63,568 nucleotides of DNA, from contig JADHVQ010000003.1 of assembly GCA_016783905.1 (NCBI GenBank), forward strand, positions 1 through 63,568. The letters are read 5' to 3'. This DNA is from Bacteroidales bacterium (GTDB lineage: Bacteria; Bacteroidota; Bacteroidia; Bacteroidales; FEN-979). Both the position numbers and the translations under genes were made by a program. Of this stretch, positions 19,055 to 30,202 are shown piece by piece; positions within the stretch are counted from its first letter, which is position 1, and each line of letters begins with the position of its first letter. Below the pieces are notes generated by a model. That model made no database searches and was not told the origin of the DNA. It was given only the letters and a program-made list of their open reading frames with translations.

Positions 19055-21997
19055 ATGAAAATCATCAGCCTGGTAATTGTCATCCTGCTTTCCTTTCATC
19101 AAAATATCAGCTCCTCTAAGGCCGGACATTCTTTTAATCATTATGAGATCCGCAAAGAACAGTGGGTGGATTCCGTTTTTCGTTCCCTTTCGCTCAACGA
19201 ACAGATCGCCCAGCTTTTGGTTATCAGAGCTTACTCCAACCGCGACAAAGCATACAACGATAGCATCAGAGAACTTATCCAAAAATATGGCGTTGGCGGG
19301 GTCTGTTTTTTTCAGGGAAGTCCGGTTGCCCAGGCAATCCTTACCAACAGCTGGCAACAGGCTGCTAAAACTCCGCTTCTGATTGCCATCGACGCAGAGT
19401 GGGGATTAGGAATGAGGCTGGACAGCGTCTACGATTTCCCCTTCCAGATAACACTGGGTGCATCCACTAATGACTCACTGATCTATGAGATGGCTGCTGC
19501 GATCGCCCGGGACTGTAAGCGGATGGGGATCCACATGAACCTGGCGCCGGTGGTGGATGTGAACAACAACCCGCGGAATCCGGTCATCAATTTCAGGTCG
19601 TTCGGTGAGAATCCCTTCGCCGTGGCCCGGAAAGGAGTGGTCTATATGAAAGGATTACAGGACAATGGAATTCTGGCCATAGCGAAGCACTTTCCGGGCC
19701 ACGGCGATACCGACACCGACTCCCACCTGGATCTCCCTGTGATCAACCACCCGGAAGAGCGCATGGAGTCGGTGGAGCTATATCCCTTCCGCGAAGTCAT
19801 TGCCAACCGGATCAACGGCATCATGATCGCCCATCTCTACATCCCAACCTATGATGATACACCAGATCTCGCGGCCACCTTCTCTCCCCGTATCGTAACC
19901 GGCCTCCTCAAACAACAGATGGGCTTTCAGGGTGTGGTGATCACCGATGCGCTCGATATGAAAGGGGTAACCAGGTTCTTTTCTCCCGGGGAGATTGAAG
20001 TGAAAGCCCTCCTGGCCGGAAACGACATCCTGTTGCTTCCACAGGATGTGCCGGCAGCCGTTGAATCAATCCGGCAGGCCGTCGAACATGGGATCATCCC
20101 GCGTGAAGTCATCGCAGAAAGATGTCTCAAAATGCTCCAACTCAAATTTGACCTGGGTCTCGATTTTTACCAACCGGTGAACCTCGGGAATCTGACTGCA
20201 GACCTGAATCCAACCGCCTCCCTGGATATTACCAACCGCATCTATAAATCAGCCGTCACGGTGGTCAAAAACGAGAACAACCTCCTCCCGTTAACCCTTC
20301 TGCAACGACGCCGGATTGCTTGTGTCTCTATCGGGAATACCTCCATGACACCCTTTCAGCAATCTCTCAACTGGTATGCTCCAATTACCCATTTCCAGAT
20401 TTTAAAGAATGCCTCATCCGAAGAGCTCAAAGAACTGGAGAAAAACCTCGCCCCATACAACCTGGTCATCCTGGGAGTCCATCGGAACAACCTCTATCCG
20501 GCTCAACATTTCGGCAATCCGGATGAGATCCTTGCATTTGTTCACGACATCAGCCGAAAAAAACGTACCATCCTCACCCTGTTCGGAAATCCCTATCTCG
20601 TCCAATCCCTGAAAAATACCTCAAACCTGGAAGCAATCCTGGTCACTTACCAGGATCAGCCGGAAGCAGAGAAGGTAGCGGCAGAGATCATTTTCGGAGG
20701 CATTCCTGCAAGAGGCGAGTTGCCGGTCTCCACAGCCGGGTTCTCATCAGGAACCGGGGTACTGTTTGATCAGATCCGGCTGGATTTCGCTCTTCCGGAA
20801 GAGATTGGAATTCCATCTGAAAAGCTGGCATCCATCGACAGTCTGGTCATCAATGGCATCGATTCGTCTGCCTACCCGGGATGCCAGGTTCTCTTCGCCA
20901 AAGATGGCAAGATCTTCTATTACAAAGCCTTCGGAAATCCCACTTACAATGATAGCATACCGGTGACCGAAACCGACCTGTATGACATAGCCTCCCTGAC
21001 CAAAGTGGCGGCCACCACCCTCTCTATGATGAAACTCTATGAGGAGGGAATGATACACCCCGATGATCCTCTTTCTATACACCTTCCGGAATTACGGGCC
21101 ACGGATAAAGAACGCATAACCATCCGGGAGGTAATGACCCACCAGGCTGGGCTTTATCCCTGGATCCCCTTTTATGAGCGAACTCTTGGGGATAGTCTGT
21201 CGGAGTTTGAGATCTACGATACCATCTTTTCTATGCTACATCCGATCCGGGTTGCTGAACATCTTTATATGAAACGGGCCTATCGTGACAGCATTTATAC
21301 ATGGATCATCCGGTCAGAACTCAGGGATACGAAAGAGTATAAATACAGTGACCTTGGGTTTTATCTCCTGGTAAAGATGATCGAACGAAAAACAGGGGAA
21401 CCCTTCCCTGATTATCTTGAAAAGACCTTCTACCGGCCGCTGGGATTGACCACCCTGGGTTTCCATCCCCGGAACCGGGTCTCACTCAGCAGGATCATGC
21501 CAACCGAATGCGATACACTCTTCCGGAAGCAACTCATCCGGGGAGATGTTCACGATCCGGGAGCTGCTATGCTTGGGGGCGTCTCCGGTCATGCCGGCTT
21601 GTTCAGTGATGCCTTTGACGTGGCGGTCATCCTGCAAATGTTACTGAACCATGGAGCGTATGGAGGGAAACAATACCTGCTCCCTTCCACCATCCGTGAA
21701 TTCACCAGGAAGCAGTTCCCTGGGAAAGAGAGCCGCAGAGGGATGGGCTTTGACAAACCAATGCCTGAATACGATCCCAACGGGCCGGCTTGCGAGGCGG
21801 CGTCGTCCGCCAGCTTCGGCCATTCAGGATTTACCGGAACCTATATGTGGGCTGATCCGGCAAACGGACTGATCTATGTATTTCTGTCAAACCGGATCTA
21901 TCCTGATGCCGCAAATCCGAAAATCTCTCAAATGAATATCCGGACCGGTATCCATCAAAAGATGGTTGAGATCATCAAACCAGAAATCGGGAAATGA
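19055..21997 (+). CDS. GH3 beta-N-acetylglucosaminidase fused to a beta-lactamase-fold serine hydrolase
   Basis: DAEWG, KHFPGHGDTDTDSH, ITDALDM (NagZ-like); ASLTK (SxxK), YSDLG, GHSGFTG in the C-terminal domain. Confidence 0.9.
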   Translation: MKIISLVIVILLSFHQNISSSKAGHSFNHYEIRKEQWVDSVFRSLSLNEQIAQLLVIRAYSNRDKAYNDSIRELIQKYGVGGVCFFQGSPVAQAILTNSWQQAAKTPLLIAIDAEWGLGMRLDSVYDFPFQITLGASTNDSLIYEMAAAIARDCKRMGIHMNLAPVVDVNNNPRNPVINFRSFGENPFAVARKGVVYMKGLQDNGILAIAKHFPGHGDTDTDSHLDLPVINHPEERMESVELYPFREVIANRINGIMIAHLYIPTYDDTPDLAATFSPRIVTGLLKQQMGFQGVVITDALDMKGVTRFFSPGEIEVKALLAGNDILLLPQDVPAAVESIRQAVEHGIIPREVIAERCLKMLQLKFDLGLDFYQPVNLGNLTADLNPTASLDITNRIYKSAVTVVKNENNLLPLTLLQRRRIACVSIGNTSMTPFQQSLNWYAPITHFQILKNASSEELKELEKNLAPYNLVILGVHRNNLYPAQHFGNPDEILAFVHDISRKKRTILTLFGNPYLVQSLKNTSNLEAILVTYQDQPEAEKVAAEIIFGGIPARGELPVSTAGFSSGTGVLFDQIRLDFALPEEIGIPSEKLASIDSLVINGIDSSAYPGCQVLFAKDGKIFYYKAFGNPTYNDSIPVTETDLYDIASLTKVAATTLSMMKLYEEGMIHPDDPLSIHLPELRATDKERITIREVMTHQAGLYPWIPFYERTLGDSLSEFEIYDTIFSMLHPIRVAEHLYMKRAYRDSIYTWIIRSELRDTKEYKYSDLGFYLLVKMIERKTGEPFPDYLEKTFYRPLGLTTLGFHPRNRVSLSRIMPTECDTLFRKQLIRGDVHDPGAAMLGGVSGHAGLFSDAFDVAVILQMLLNHGAYGGKQYLLPSTIREFTRKQFPGKESRRGMGFDKPMPEYDPNGPACEAASSASFGHSGFTGTYMWADPANGLIYVFLSNRIYPDAANPKISQMNIRTGIHQKMVEIIKPEIGK

Positions 21998-22042
21998 TTA
22001 CATTTGCAACCTGAAACGTATATATCTATCTAAATCCGAACT

Positions 22043-22870
22043 ATGAATCCAAGACTGAAATCTTTTCTCTTATGGATACTGGCCTTTGTCATCACGGTAG
22101 CAGCTGGCTATTACCAGCGTACAACGGGCCCTACTTATGAAATCCGCGGGAAAGCAGTCATTGATGGAGAGAGCTATAAATACAAACTGATCCGTACGTA
22201 TGACGGAAGTGACGATGCACCCATTGAGCTGACTATTTCTGACCCGGAGGTATCAGGAGAACTGAGATTACGTCGGTACAAAAGCTATGACGAATGGAGC
22301 ACTACCCCGATGGTACGTCAGGGAGATAAGCTGGCCGGCACTATTCCTCATCAGGAGATGGCCGGTAAAGTGATGTATCATGTTACGCTGATGAAAAACG
22401 GTAAAAACTACCTGCTCAATGAAGAGCCTGCAGTCATCCGTTTCAAAGGATTCGTTCCCCTGGGAGTACTCTATGCACATATCATCACTATTTTCCTGGC
22501 CATGCTGTTCAGCACACGAACGGCATTTGAGGTGTTGTTCAAGTTAAAATACACCTACCTCTACACCTGGCTGACAGTGATCTTTCTGGCTGTTGGTGGG
22601 ATGATTCTCGGACCGGTCATTCAGAAATACGCGTTCGACGCTTACTGGACCGGATGGCCCTTTGGCAATGACCTGACCGACAATAAATCGCTGCTGGCAT
22701 TTATTTTCTGGCTTGTCGCACTCGGTTACCAGATCTGGAGAAGGGAGAAGAAGGGCTGGGCCGTTGCTGCAGCAGTGGTCCTGTTTGTTATCTATATGAT
22801 CCCTCACAGTGTCCTCGGTTCGGAAATAGACTACACCAAAGAAGGTCAGCAGACAGAAATTCAGGAATAA
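22043..22870 (+). CDS. Conserved hypothetical membrane protein
   Basis: 275-aa ORF with an N-terminal TM, a soluble domain and four C-terminal TMs (WTGWPFGNDLTDNK); -7 box at 21999. Confidence 0.65.
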   Translation: MNPRLKSFLLWILAFVITVAAGYYQRTTGPTYEIRGKAVIDGESYKYKLIRTYDGSDDAPIELTISDPEVSGELRLRRYKSYDEWSTTPMVRQGDKLAGTIPHQEMAGKVMYHVTLMKNGKNYLLNEEPAVIRFKGFVPLGVLYAHIITIFLAMLFSTRTAFEVLFKLKYTYLYTWLTVIFLAVGGMILGPVIQKYAFDAYWTGWPFGNDLTDNKSLLAFIFWLVALGYQIWRREKKGWAVAAAVVLFVIYMIPHSVLGSEIDYTKEGQQTEIQE

Positions 22871-22893
22871 ACATCTGATAATTGGAATCTGTT

Positions 22894-23517
22894 ATGGAGA
22901 TAACAATCAGTATTATTGCCGTTACCGTGCTTGTATCCATTCTTGGATTTAACAACGAGAATCTTTTTAATAAATGCAAGTTTAATCCCTATGATGTAAA
23001 GCATAGCAGACAATGGTACAGGTTCTTTACCTATGGATTTTTACATGCAGGTTGGGTTCATCTGCTCATCAACATGTTTGTCTTCTATTCTTTCGGGGAG
23101 ATGGTTGAAAAAGCCTACCGGTATTATTTCCACAGCAAATACATCCTCTATTATCTGTTGCTCTACATCGGGGCCTTGTTACTCTCAGTCATTCCTTCAT
23201 TCGGAAAGCACAAAAACGATGTCTTTTACAGTTCGGTAGGGGCTTCAGGCGCTGTATCTGCGGTCGTATTTGCCAGCATCATCATCGCACCTACACAAAA
23301 GATCTATCTCTTCTTTATACCAATAGGGATCCCGGCCATTATTTTCGGATTACTCTACATCGCCTATGAATATTGGATGAGCAGAAGGGCTAAAGACAAC
23401 ATCGGGCACGATGCCCATTTATGGGGAGCTATGATCGGGCTGATCTTTACCATCGCCATGAAACCAGTGATCTTCCTCTATTTCCTGAGACAGCTGGGGT
23501 TTGAGGTAACGATTTGA
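22894..23517 (+). CDS. Rhomboid intramembrane serine protease
   Basis: WYR, HAGWVHLLINM, GASG, HDAHLWG. Confidence 0.92.
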   Translation: MEITISIIAVTVLVSILGFNNENLFNKCKFNPYDVKHSRQWYRFFTYGFLHAGWVHLLINMFVFYSFGEMVEKAYRYYFHSKYILYYLLLYIGALLLSVIPSFGKHKNDVFYSSVGASGAVSAVVFASIIIAPTQKIYLFFIPIGIPAIIFGLLYIAYEYWMSRRAKDNIGHDAHLWGAMIGLIFTIAMKPVIFLYFLRQLGFEVTI

Positions 23518-23603
23518 TCTTTCTAAAAAGTTATCAACAACATTGAAAATATTCTTTCTATTTATTATATTTGACGAATTCTGTCAAGTCAATTTTTAGT
23601 CAA

Positions 23604-23912
23604 TTGGGTAATTTCGGTCAACGCATCAGGGAACTCAGGGAAAACAAGGGGATTCTGTTACGGCAGATGGCTGCTTCCCTTGAAATTGATACTGCGCTCA
23701 TAAGTAAATTCGAACGGGGAGAACGAAAACCTAACCGTGAACAGGTTAAACGGATTGCCCGGTTCCTGAAAGCAGATAAAAATGAACTGTTGACATTATG
23801 GCTTGCAGATAGAGTACAGTACATCATCAGCGAGGAAATGTCACTCGCCGAAGAAGCTTTGGAAATCGTTAAAAGAAATATAAAGGATGAAACCCGGACT
23901 CATACTGATTGA
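23604..23912 (+). CDS. XRE-family HTH regulator (controller-like); probable TTG start 23604
   Basis: FGQRIRELRE...LRQMAASLEIDTALISKFERGERKP. The -7 box at 23566-23573 overlaps the longer TTG start at 23571. Confidence 0.85.
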   Translation: MGNFGQRIRELRENKGILLRQMAASLEIDTALISKFERGERKPNREQVKRIARFLKADKNELLTLWLADRVQYIISEEMSLAEEALEIVKRNIKDETRTHTD

Positions 23913-26678
23913 CAATTCATCTGAACATTATTTTTTGGGCACTGTTCTTAAGGAATTGATCATCGCTCATTCGTTTTCCCAGGTTTCTGTTGCAACAGGA
24001 TACTGGGACTTACCCGGAATGGTTGGGATATATGATGAATTAAAGTCGTTCCTTGAACGGGAAAGTACATTATTCCGGCTTTTACTGGGAGAAGAACCTT
24101 ACGTCCGTGCGTACCAGGTTAAAAATCCCCAAAGACAGGATCCCGAATTTCCTGAGAAATATCTGAAAAAGGATTTGGAAGAACTTGAGTTGAAGGATGA
24201 ATATCAGAAAGTAGTGGATCTGCTTTTATCTTACACGAGGCAAAATGGGAAGATTCAGATCAAAGTTTACCGGAAAAATTTTCTGCATGCGAAATGTTAC
24301 ATCTTTGGCAGTACTGAGGATAACGCGATCGGAATATTGGGAAGCTCCAATTTTACCAGTCAGGGAATGTTCGGTAACCTGGAATTAAACCAGCTTGAAG
24401 CCAATAATGCAACGGTAAATTATATCCGGCAACATCTTGATCAACAGCCAACTCACCGCTCCTGGTTTGAAGATTTATGGAATGAAAGCGAAGAATGGTC
24501 GGGTATATTCAAAGAAGAAATACTTGATATCAGCAAGCACGGGAGCCTATGCTTCAGTCCGTATGAAATGTATGTTCATGCATTGTACCGGATCTATGGG
24601 CAGGATCTTCTGGATGAAAAAGAGAACAGGGTAGAACCCGATGATCCTTCATCCGGTAAACCTCAGCTTCTGAAGTTTCAGATTCAGAATGCAAACTCAA
24701 TTATCAAGAAACTTGAACGGCAGGGTGTTGCCATGCTTTCAGATTCCGTGGGACTGGGTAAGACGTATACTGCAATCAAAGTCATTGAATATTATAGAAA
24801 ATTTTATAACCAGCGGGTTGTGGTGATAGCGCCGGCGGGCCTGAAAGCTCAATGGGAAAAAGCATTCGACGAATTCAAAATTGTTCAGATTCCTGAAATT
24901 TACAGTCTTCAGGATATTTCAAGGATTGAAGATGTAAGGGAAAATTAAAATCAATCCCTGTAGGGCTTTTTGTTTTTGATGAAAGTCATAACCTCCGAAG
25001 CTCGGGCGGACAACGCTTTGACGTGTTCATCAAATGGCGACAGGCCAATGAGAATGCTAACACATTACTTGTAACCGTTACCCCGATAAACAACCAGCTT
25101 TCGGATTTAACGAACCAGATCATGCTTGGTTCAGGAGGAGAAATTCACAAGCTTGGCAGATTTTATGACAGGGGACGTCAGAAATTTTATACCATGCAGG
25201 AACGGTTACAAACGTTACAGGATGAAATTAAACGACAACTACGTGAAAACAGAATGGTGAACTATCAGCAGATCAAAGAACAGTTTACTCCGCTCCTGAA
25301 TCGTTTTATTATCAGGAGATCCCGGCAAGGAATCGAAAATGAGTATCCGGAAGGTTTTGAGATCAACGGGAAATTACAGAAATTCCCACAGTCTTATCCA
25401 TATAATCTTGAATATGAGCTTCCTAACCAATATAAAACGCAGCTGCTCATATTTGCATCTGAATTCGATCTGCTGCTCCAGGCATATAGTTATACCGATG
25501 ATAGTCTTTCAGATCTTGAATACCTGGCCCATCCTCTTGATCTTTTTGAACATTTTAAACAACGGGAAAAACCGGTTCAAACTTCACTGGAAGTATTATA
25601 TTCCGGGCTGTTGACCTTTGGATTCCCTTGCTACAGGTACCATATTTACCGTCATGCCTATTACAAAAGGAAACGGGGTGAACTGAAACTGAATGTTGAT
25701 GAAAACCGGGAACTGTCGCGTCAGATCGGTATTTATGGCATTTTCAGAACCATCTTCCTGAAACGACTGGAATCATCATTATATTCCATACAGGTATCAA
25801 TCCTGAATTATGAGAAGAAGTTGAAAGATTTCAAAGAGAAACTCGAAAAATATAACAAGATCATTTCCGTAAAGAATCTTGAAAAGCTAAATAAGGCCAT
25901 TGATGCATATAATGAGCAACGTGCCGAGGAAGATGAATTGGATATTGAAAAAGACCTCAGGATCATTTCCGTATTGAAAGAACAACTTGCCTTGCTGATC
26001 AAAAAGGATAATAAAATCAAGGTTCTTGCAGATAAACTCGATGAAAATGAGGAGTCCAAAGTGCTGGTATTTACCTATAAGAATTCTGTTAAAAACCTTC
26101 CAAAAGGAAAATGGGGATTTGTTCAGATGCGGAATGAGGACGATGATTTCGTACACCTGGCACATATGGTGGATGAAAAAAATGAAGCAGGCTATTTTGT
26201 GGCTTTTGATAAAAACCGGACAGGTGAACTGATAACAGCTACGGAAGGCTTGTTGCATATCAAAGCCACCAGCGACCAGAATCAACAGTTTAAAGACACC
26301 TTTAAAAATAAGCCCCAAACCGAAAGCTATATTAACAATTTTATAAAAACCTATCAGTTTACAGAGGAGGATCATAAGAACAGGTTCAATAAATCTCAGG
26401 AGGAAGCCATTATTCTACTCCGGAATAAAATGATTGAATATGGCTATCCGGTCGATATCATTGAAAACGTGTACAACTGTATCATGTATTCACAAAACGC
26501 CTATTTCAATAAACAGAATATGAAACTTGTCAGGCTGGTTGCCCGGCTGGCAAGAAACAACAAACATATCGGAGATGAAGTGATCCAGAATTTCATAGAC
26601 CTTGCCATACAATACAGGCCCGAAGAAAAATCAGAGAAAGCGCCGCTAAGTGAGATCATTCAAATTTTCACTCAATGA
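23887..26678 (+). pseudogene. PLD-nuclease/SNF2 helicase fusion, frameshifted at about 24940-24948 and lacking the helicase C motifs
   Basis: HAKCYIF..GSSNFT (PLD) and DSVGLGKT (motif I) are in ORF 23887-24948. FVFDESHNLR (motif II), TVTPINN, FIIRRSR and KRLESS follow in the -1 frame. No motif V/VI appears after KVLVFTY. Confidence 0.8.
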
Positions 26679-29600
26679 ATATCGAGGAATTAAACGCTTT
26701 CATAGAAAAGCTATCTTTAACCCGAAACCGGGACACGGTTTTCGAATTTGCTTTTGCCCTGATCGAATGGATGGGATTGCAGCCGGCCGAGGACAAGAGA
26801 CCCCGGTTATTGTCGCCCCAGACACAGAAACTGAAAGAATACCTTGTTAATGTTCCTCTTACTGTTCAACCTCAGCTTTACCGGCTCACGGCCGACGGGC
26901 AACATGTCCGGATCCGGTTTGCTGCATTGAAAAAGCTCAAAAAAGAATATATCAGCCAGCTTGTTGATAATGATCCCGGACTTACAAGCTACCAGGCTTC
27001 CATAAAGGGAATTGTAAATTTACCCGGCAGACCCGCCTACATTCCATCAGAACCCTATTTTATTCATTTCATCACTACTCAGGATTATGATAAGCTCATT
27101 CTGGTTTTCAACCAGGGTGACCAGAAACGTATCATCACTTTCCGGAACAAACTTACCCAGACAAAATATTACAGGATTGTTCAGCAATGGAAAGACATTG
27201 CTTTAAGGTCAAAACCTGAACTGGCAGATCTCTTATGGAAAAGTCTGGATGTTAAAGAGGTTAATAAGGAATTTTACCGGAAGATAAAAGAACGGTTCGA
27301 CGACCTGGTCGGTTTGATTAAAGCTACCGATGTTCAATCTGATGAGAATCATATCAGGCAGTTTGCTATTCGATTGATCGGACGATACGTTTTTTGCTGG
27401 TTCCTGAAAGAAAAAGAGATTGTTCCTGAAGAGCTGATCAGTTCATCCACCATTGAACAAAACAGGCCCGGTTATTATCAGAATTTCCTGCTGCGCCTAT
27501 TCTTTCAAACCCTGAACACGGAAGTTCAGCAACGCAATTTCCTGATACCAAATCATCCGCTTGATGCATTATTTTTAAATATCCCCTATCTGGATGGGGG
27601 TCTTTTCGAGGATGTTACCGAAGATAAACCATTTCATAAGTTTGTTACGGATGACTGGCTTAATGGTTTTGTAAAAATCCTTGAATCCTATGACTTCACA
27701 GTTGATGAAAGCTCTATGCAATACCAGCAGGTGGCCATTGATCCGGAGATGTTGGGACGGATCTTTGAGAATCTGCTGGCAAGCCAGAACCCGGAAACAG
27801 AGAAGCTGGCCAACCAGCGAAAAGCTTTCGGAGCATTTTATACACCAAGGGAAATTGTGGAATATATGGTGGATGCCTCATTGAAAGCCTATCTTGAACA
27901 GGTTTTGATGCCTGAAGATAAACCCTCTTCTTCACAAGTGAACGAGCCGGTAATCACTTACTCAGGCACACTTTTCCAGGCACTGGAATCTCAGCAAACT
28001 GAAATCCTTCTGGAACCACAGGAGAAATATTCCGATGCCCAGACAAGAAAAAGAATCGTTGAAAAAATTGAGAAGCTCTTTTTACCAGGTTGTGATACAA
28101 ATCCTTTTGATAAAAGAGAAACACTGATCATTCAGAATGCCCTCCGTGATATAAAAGCGCTTGACCCGGCTTGTGGTTCAGGCGCTTTCCCGATCAGCAT
28201 GTTATTACGGTTAATGAATCTCAGAGAAATTATTGGTAATTCTTTGAACAGCCCTTATGAATTGAAAAGTGAAATTCTGAGCCGTAATATATATGGCGTG
28301 GATATCATGCCAATGGCTATTGAGATTGCCAGACTACGGGCATGGCTTAGTCTGGTTCTAGAGGCAGATTATAAACCTGCCGACCGGAAACATAATTTTA
28401 ACATCAAAGCCCTGCCCAACCTTGATTTTAAGTTTATTTGCGCAAACAGTCTGATTGATATCGGGTACGACGATTTAATCAGGAAAATAGAGAGAAGTCA
28501 TGGCGCTACGGTCCTGGTAAGGTTGGATAATGAAATCCAGAAATTGCAAAGATTGCGTGAACAATATTTTGATACAAGAGGGGATAAAGCTCAAAAATAT
28601 ACCCTGCAGCATGAGTTCCATAAAACAAAAGAACTCATTAAAACGGAAAATTCTTCTTTAGGAAAGCGATGGAGGATTGAATCTTTTCTGGGACAAGTTG
28701 ATGACTGGAATCCATTTAATGACAGTCATGCATCTTCATTTTTTTCTCCCGGATGGATGTTCGGGATCAAAAACGGTTTTGATGTGGTGATCGGGAATCC
28801 GCCATATGTTCAAATGCAAAAAGATGGTGGAAAATTGGCGAAAATGCTTGAAGGGTTAGGATATGAAACATATGAACGTACCGGTGATGTTTATTCCATT
28901 TTTTATGAAGTTGGATTTAAATGTTTAAAAACAGAGGGAATCCATACTTTTATTACTTCCAGTCAATGGTTACGAGCCAAATATGGAAAATCATTAATGA
29001 AATTTTTCCTATCAAAAGATCCGTTAAGATTAATTGAACTTGGTCCTGGAGTATTTGAAAATACTATTGTTGATACTATTATTTTAATTGTTAAAAACTC
29101 TTTCTTTGGCAACCAGTTGCTTGGGACAATTATTGAAAAACCTGAGCAGATTGAACATTTGAACGAATTGAGTTTTCAAAAAATGCCTAATATTTCAACC
29201 GGAGATTGGACCCTTGTATCACCAATAAAAGGAAGTATATACAAAAAGATCAAAGAAAAAGGTAAAAGACTTAGCGAATGGAATATCCAAATAAACAGAG
29301 GAATTCTTACCGGGCTAAATGAAGCTTTTATAATTAATGAGAAAAAAAGAAAAGAACTTATTGACGAAGAGTCAAAAAGTGAAGAAATAATCCGACCAAT
29401 ATTAAGGGGAAGGGATATTGATGAATATTACACAGAATGGGATAGGGATTATCTAATAAGTACTTTTCCATCATTAAAAATTAATATTTCAGAATTCACA
29501 GCAATAAATAATTATCTTGAAACATTTCGACCAAAAATTAATCAGACAGGTGAAACATTTATAAATTCATCGGGGGGGAAAGAAAAATCGAGAAAAAAAA

Positions 29601-30103
29601 CTTCAAATAAATGGTATGAAACACAAGATCAGATAGGATACTATCAGGAATTCAAAAAAGAGAAAATTATTTGGAAAAGGATTGGCTCACAATTAAGATT
29701 CTCATATTTCGATAAAGAGATTTATTCATTAGACAGCACATGTATTTCGACAGGTGAAAAAATAAAATATCTGACGGCTTATCTAAATTCGAATCTTTGT
29801 CATTACCAGCTTTTTGAAAATTCTCCTAAGACTGGAATGGGTGATTTAATAATAAGCGTTCAGGCTCTGGAACCTTTGATTGTATATTATCCAAACGAAA
29901 CAGAAGAAAAGAAAATCGTAGAATATTTAGATAAAATCATTGAGATTAAAAAAACTCATCAATCGGATGATATATCTTATTACCAAAGACAAATTGATCT
30001 CCTTATTTATAAGTTCTATGACCTAACTTATAATGAAGTAAAGGAGATTGATAAAGATTTTTCGATGAGTGAGGAGGAATATGAAAAAAGTAAAACCAAG
30101 TAA
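26675..30103 (+). CDS. Type IIG/Eco57I-like N6-adenine DNA methyltransferase with a TaqI_C-like target recognition domain
   Basis: DPEMLGRIFENLL, GAFYTPREIV, LDPACGSGAF, YGVDI, FDVVIGNPPY, RGILTGLNEAF, KWYETQD. No nuclease motif recognised in the N-terminus. Confidence 0.88.
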   Translation: MNIEELNAFIEKLSLTRNRDTVFEFAFALIEWMGLQPAEDKRPRLLSPQTQKLKEYLVNVPLTVQPQLYRLTADGQHVRIRFAALKKLKKEYISQLVDNDPGLTSYQASIKGIVNLPGRPAYIPSEPYFIHFITTQDYDKLILVFNQGDQKRIITFRNKLTQTKYYRIVQQWKDIALRSKPELADLLWKSLDVKEVNKEFYRKIKERFDDLVGLIKATDVQSDENHIRQFAIRLIGRYVFCWFLKEKEIVPEELISSSTIEQNRPGYYQNFLLRLFFQTLNTEVQQRNFLIPNHPLDALFLNIPYLDGGLFEDVTEDKPFHKFVTDDWLNGFVKILESYDFTVDESSMQYQQVAIDPEMLGRIFENLLASQNPETEKLANQRKAFGAFYTPREIVEYMVDASLKAYLEQVLMPEDKPSSSQVNEPVITYSGTLFQALESQQTEILLEPQEKYSDAQTRKRIVEKIEKLFLPGCDTNPFDKRETLIIQNALRDIKALDPACGSGAFPISMLLRLMNLREIIGNSLNSPYELKSEILSRNIYGVDIMPMAIEIARLRAWLSLVLEADYKPADRKHNFNIKALPNLDFKFICANSLIDIGYDDLIRKIERSHGATVLVRLDNEIQKLQRLREQYFDTRGDKAQKYTLQHEFHKTKELIKTENSSLGKRWRIESFLGQVDDWNPFNDSHASSFFSPGWMFGIKNGFDVVIGNPPYVQMQKDGGKLAKMLEGLGYETYERTGDVYSIFYEVGFKCLKTEGIHTFITSSQWLRAKYGKSLMKFFLSKDPLRLIELGPGVFENTIVDTIILIVKNSFFGNQLLGTIIEKPEQIEHLNELSFQKMPNISTGDWTLVSPIKGSIYKKIKEKGKRLSEWNIQINRGILTGLNEAFIINEKKRKELIDEESKSEEIIRPILRGRDIDEYYTEWDRDYLISTFPSLKINISEFTAINNYLETFRPKINQTGETFINSSGGKEKSRKKTSNKWYETQDQIGYYQEFKKEKIIWKRIGSQLRFSYFDKEIYSLDSTCISTGEKIKYLTAYLNSNLCHYQLFENSPKTGMGDLIISVQALEPLIVYYPNETEEKKIVEYLDKIIEIKKTHQSDDISYYQRQIDLLIYKFYDLTYNEVKEIDKDFSMSEEEYEKSKTK

Positions 30104-30202
30104 CAATTATAATGAGAATATGGATAAATACTTAAATATTCCTATACTTGACACATTAAAATTGATGGCATATTAAACCGTCTTCGTTTAAAGTAAAAAG
30201 AA

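Noticed and set aside
20800..21997. Beta-lactam resistance gene
   Set aside because: The SxxK domain is fused to GH3, a common cell-wall recycling architecture; nothing indicates a true beta-lactamase.
24935..24950. Programmed -1 ribosomal frameshift in the helicase
   Set aside because: GGGAAAA is not in the X_XXY_YYZ phase of the upstream frame, and the gene has other lesions; mutation or sequencing error is more likely.
23887..30103. DISARM or BREX system
   Set aside because: No drmA/drmB (DUF1998), pglZ, brxC or brxL recognised.
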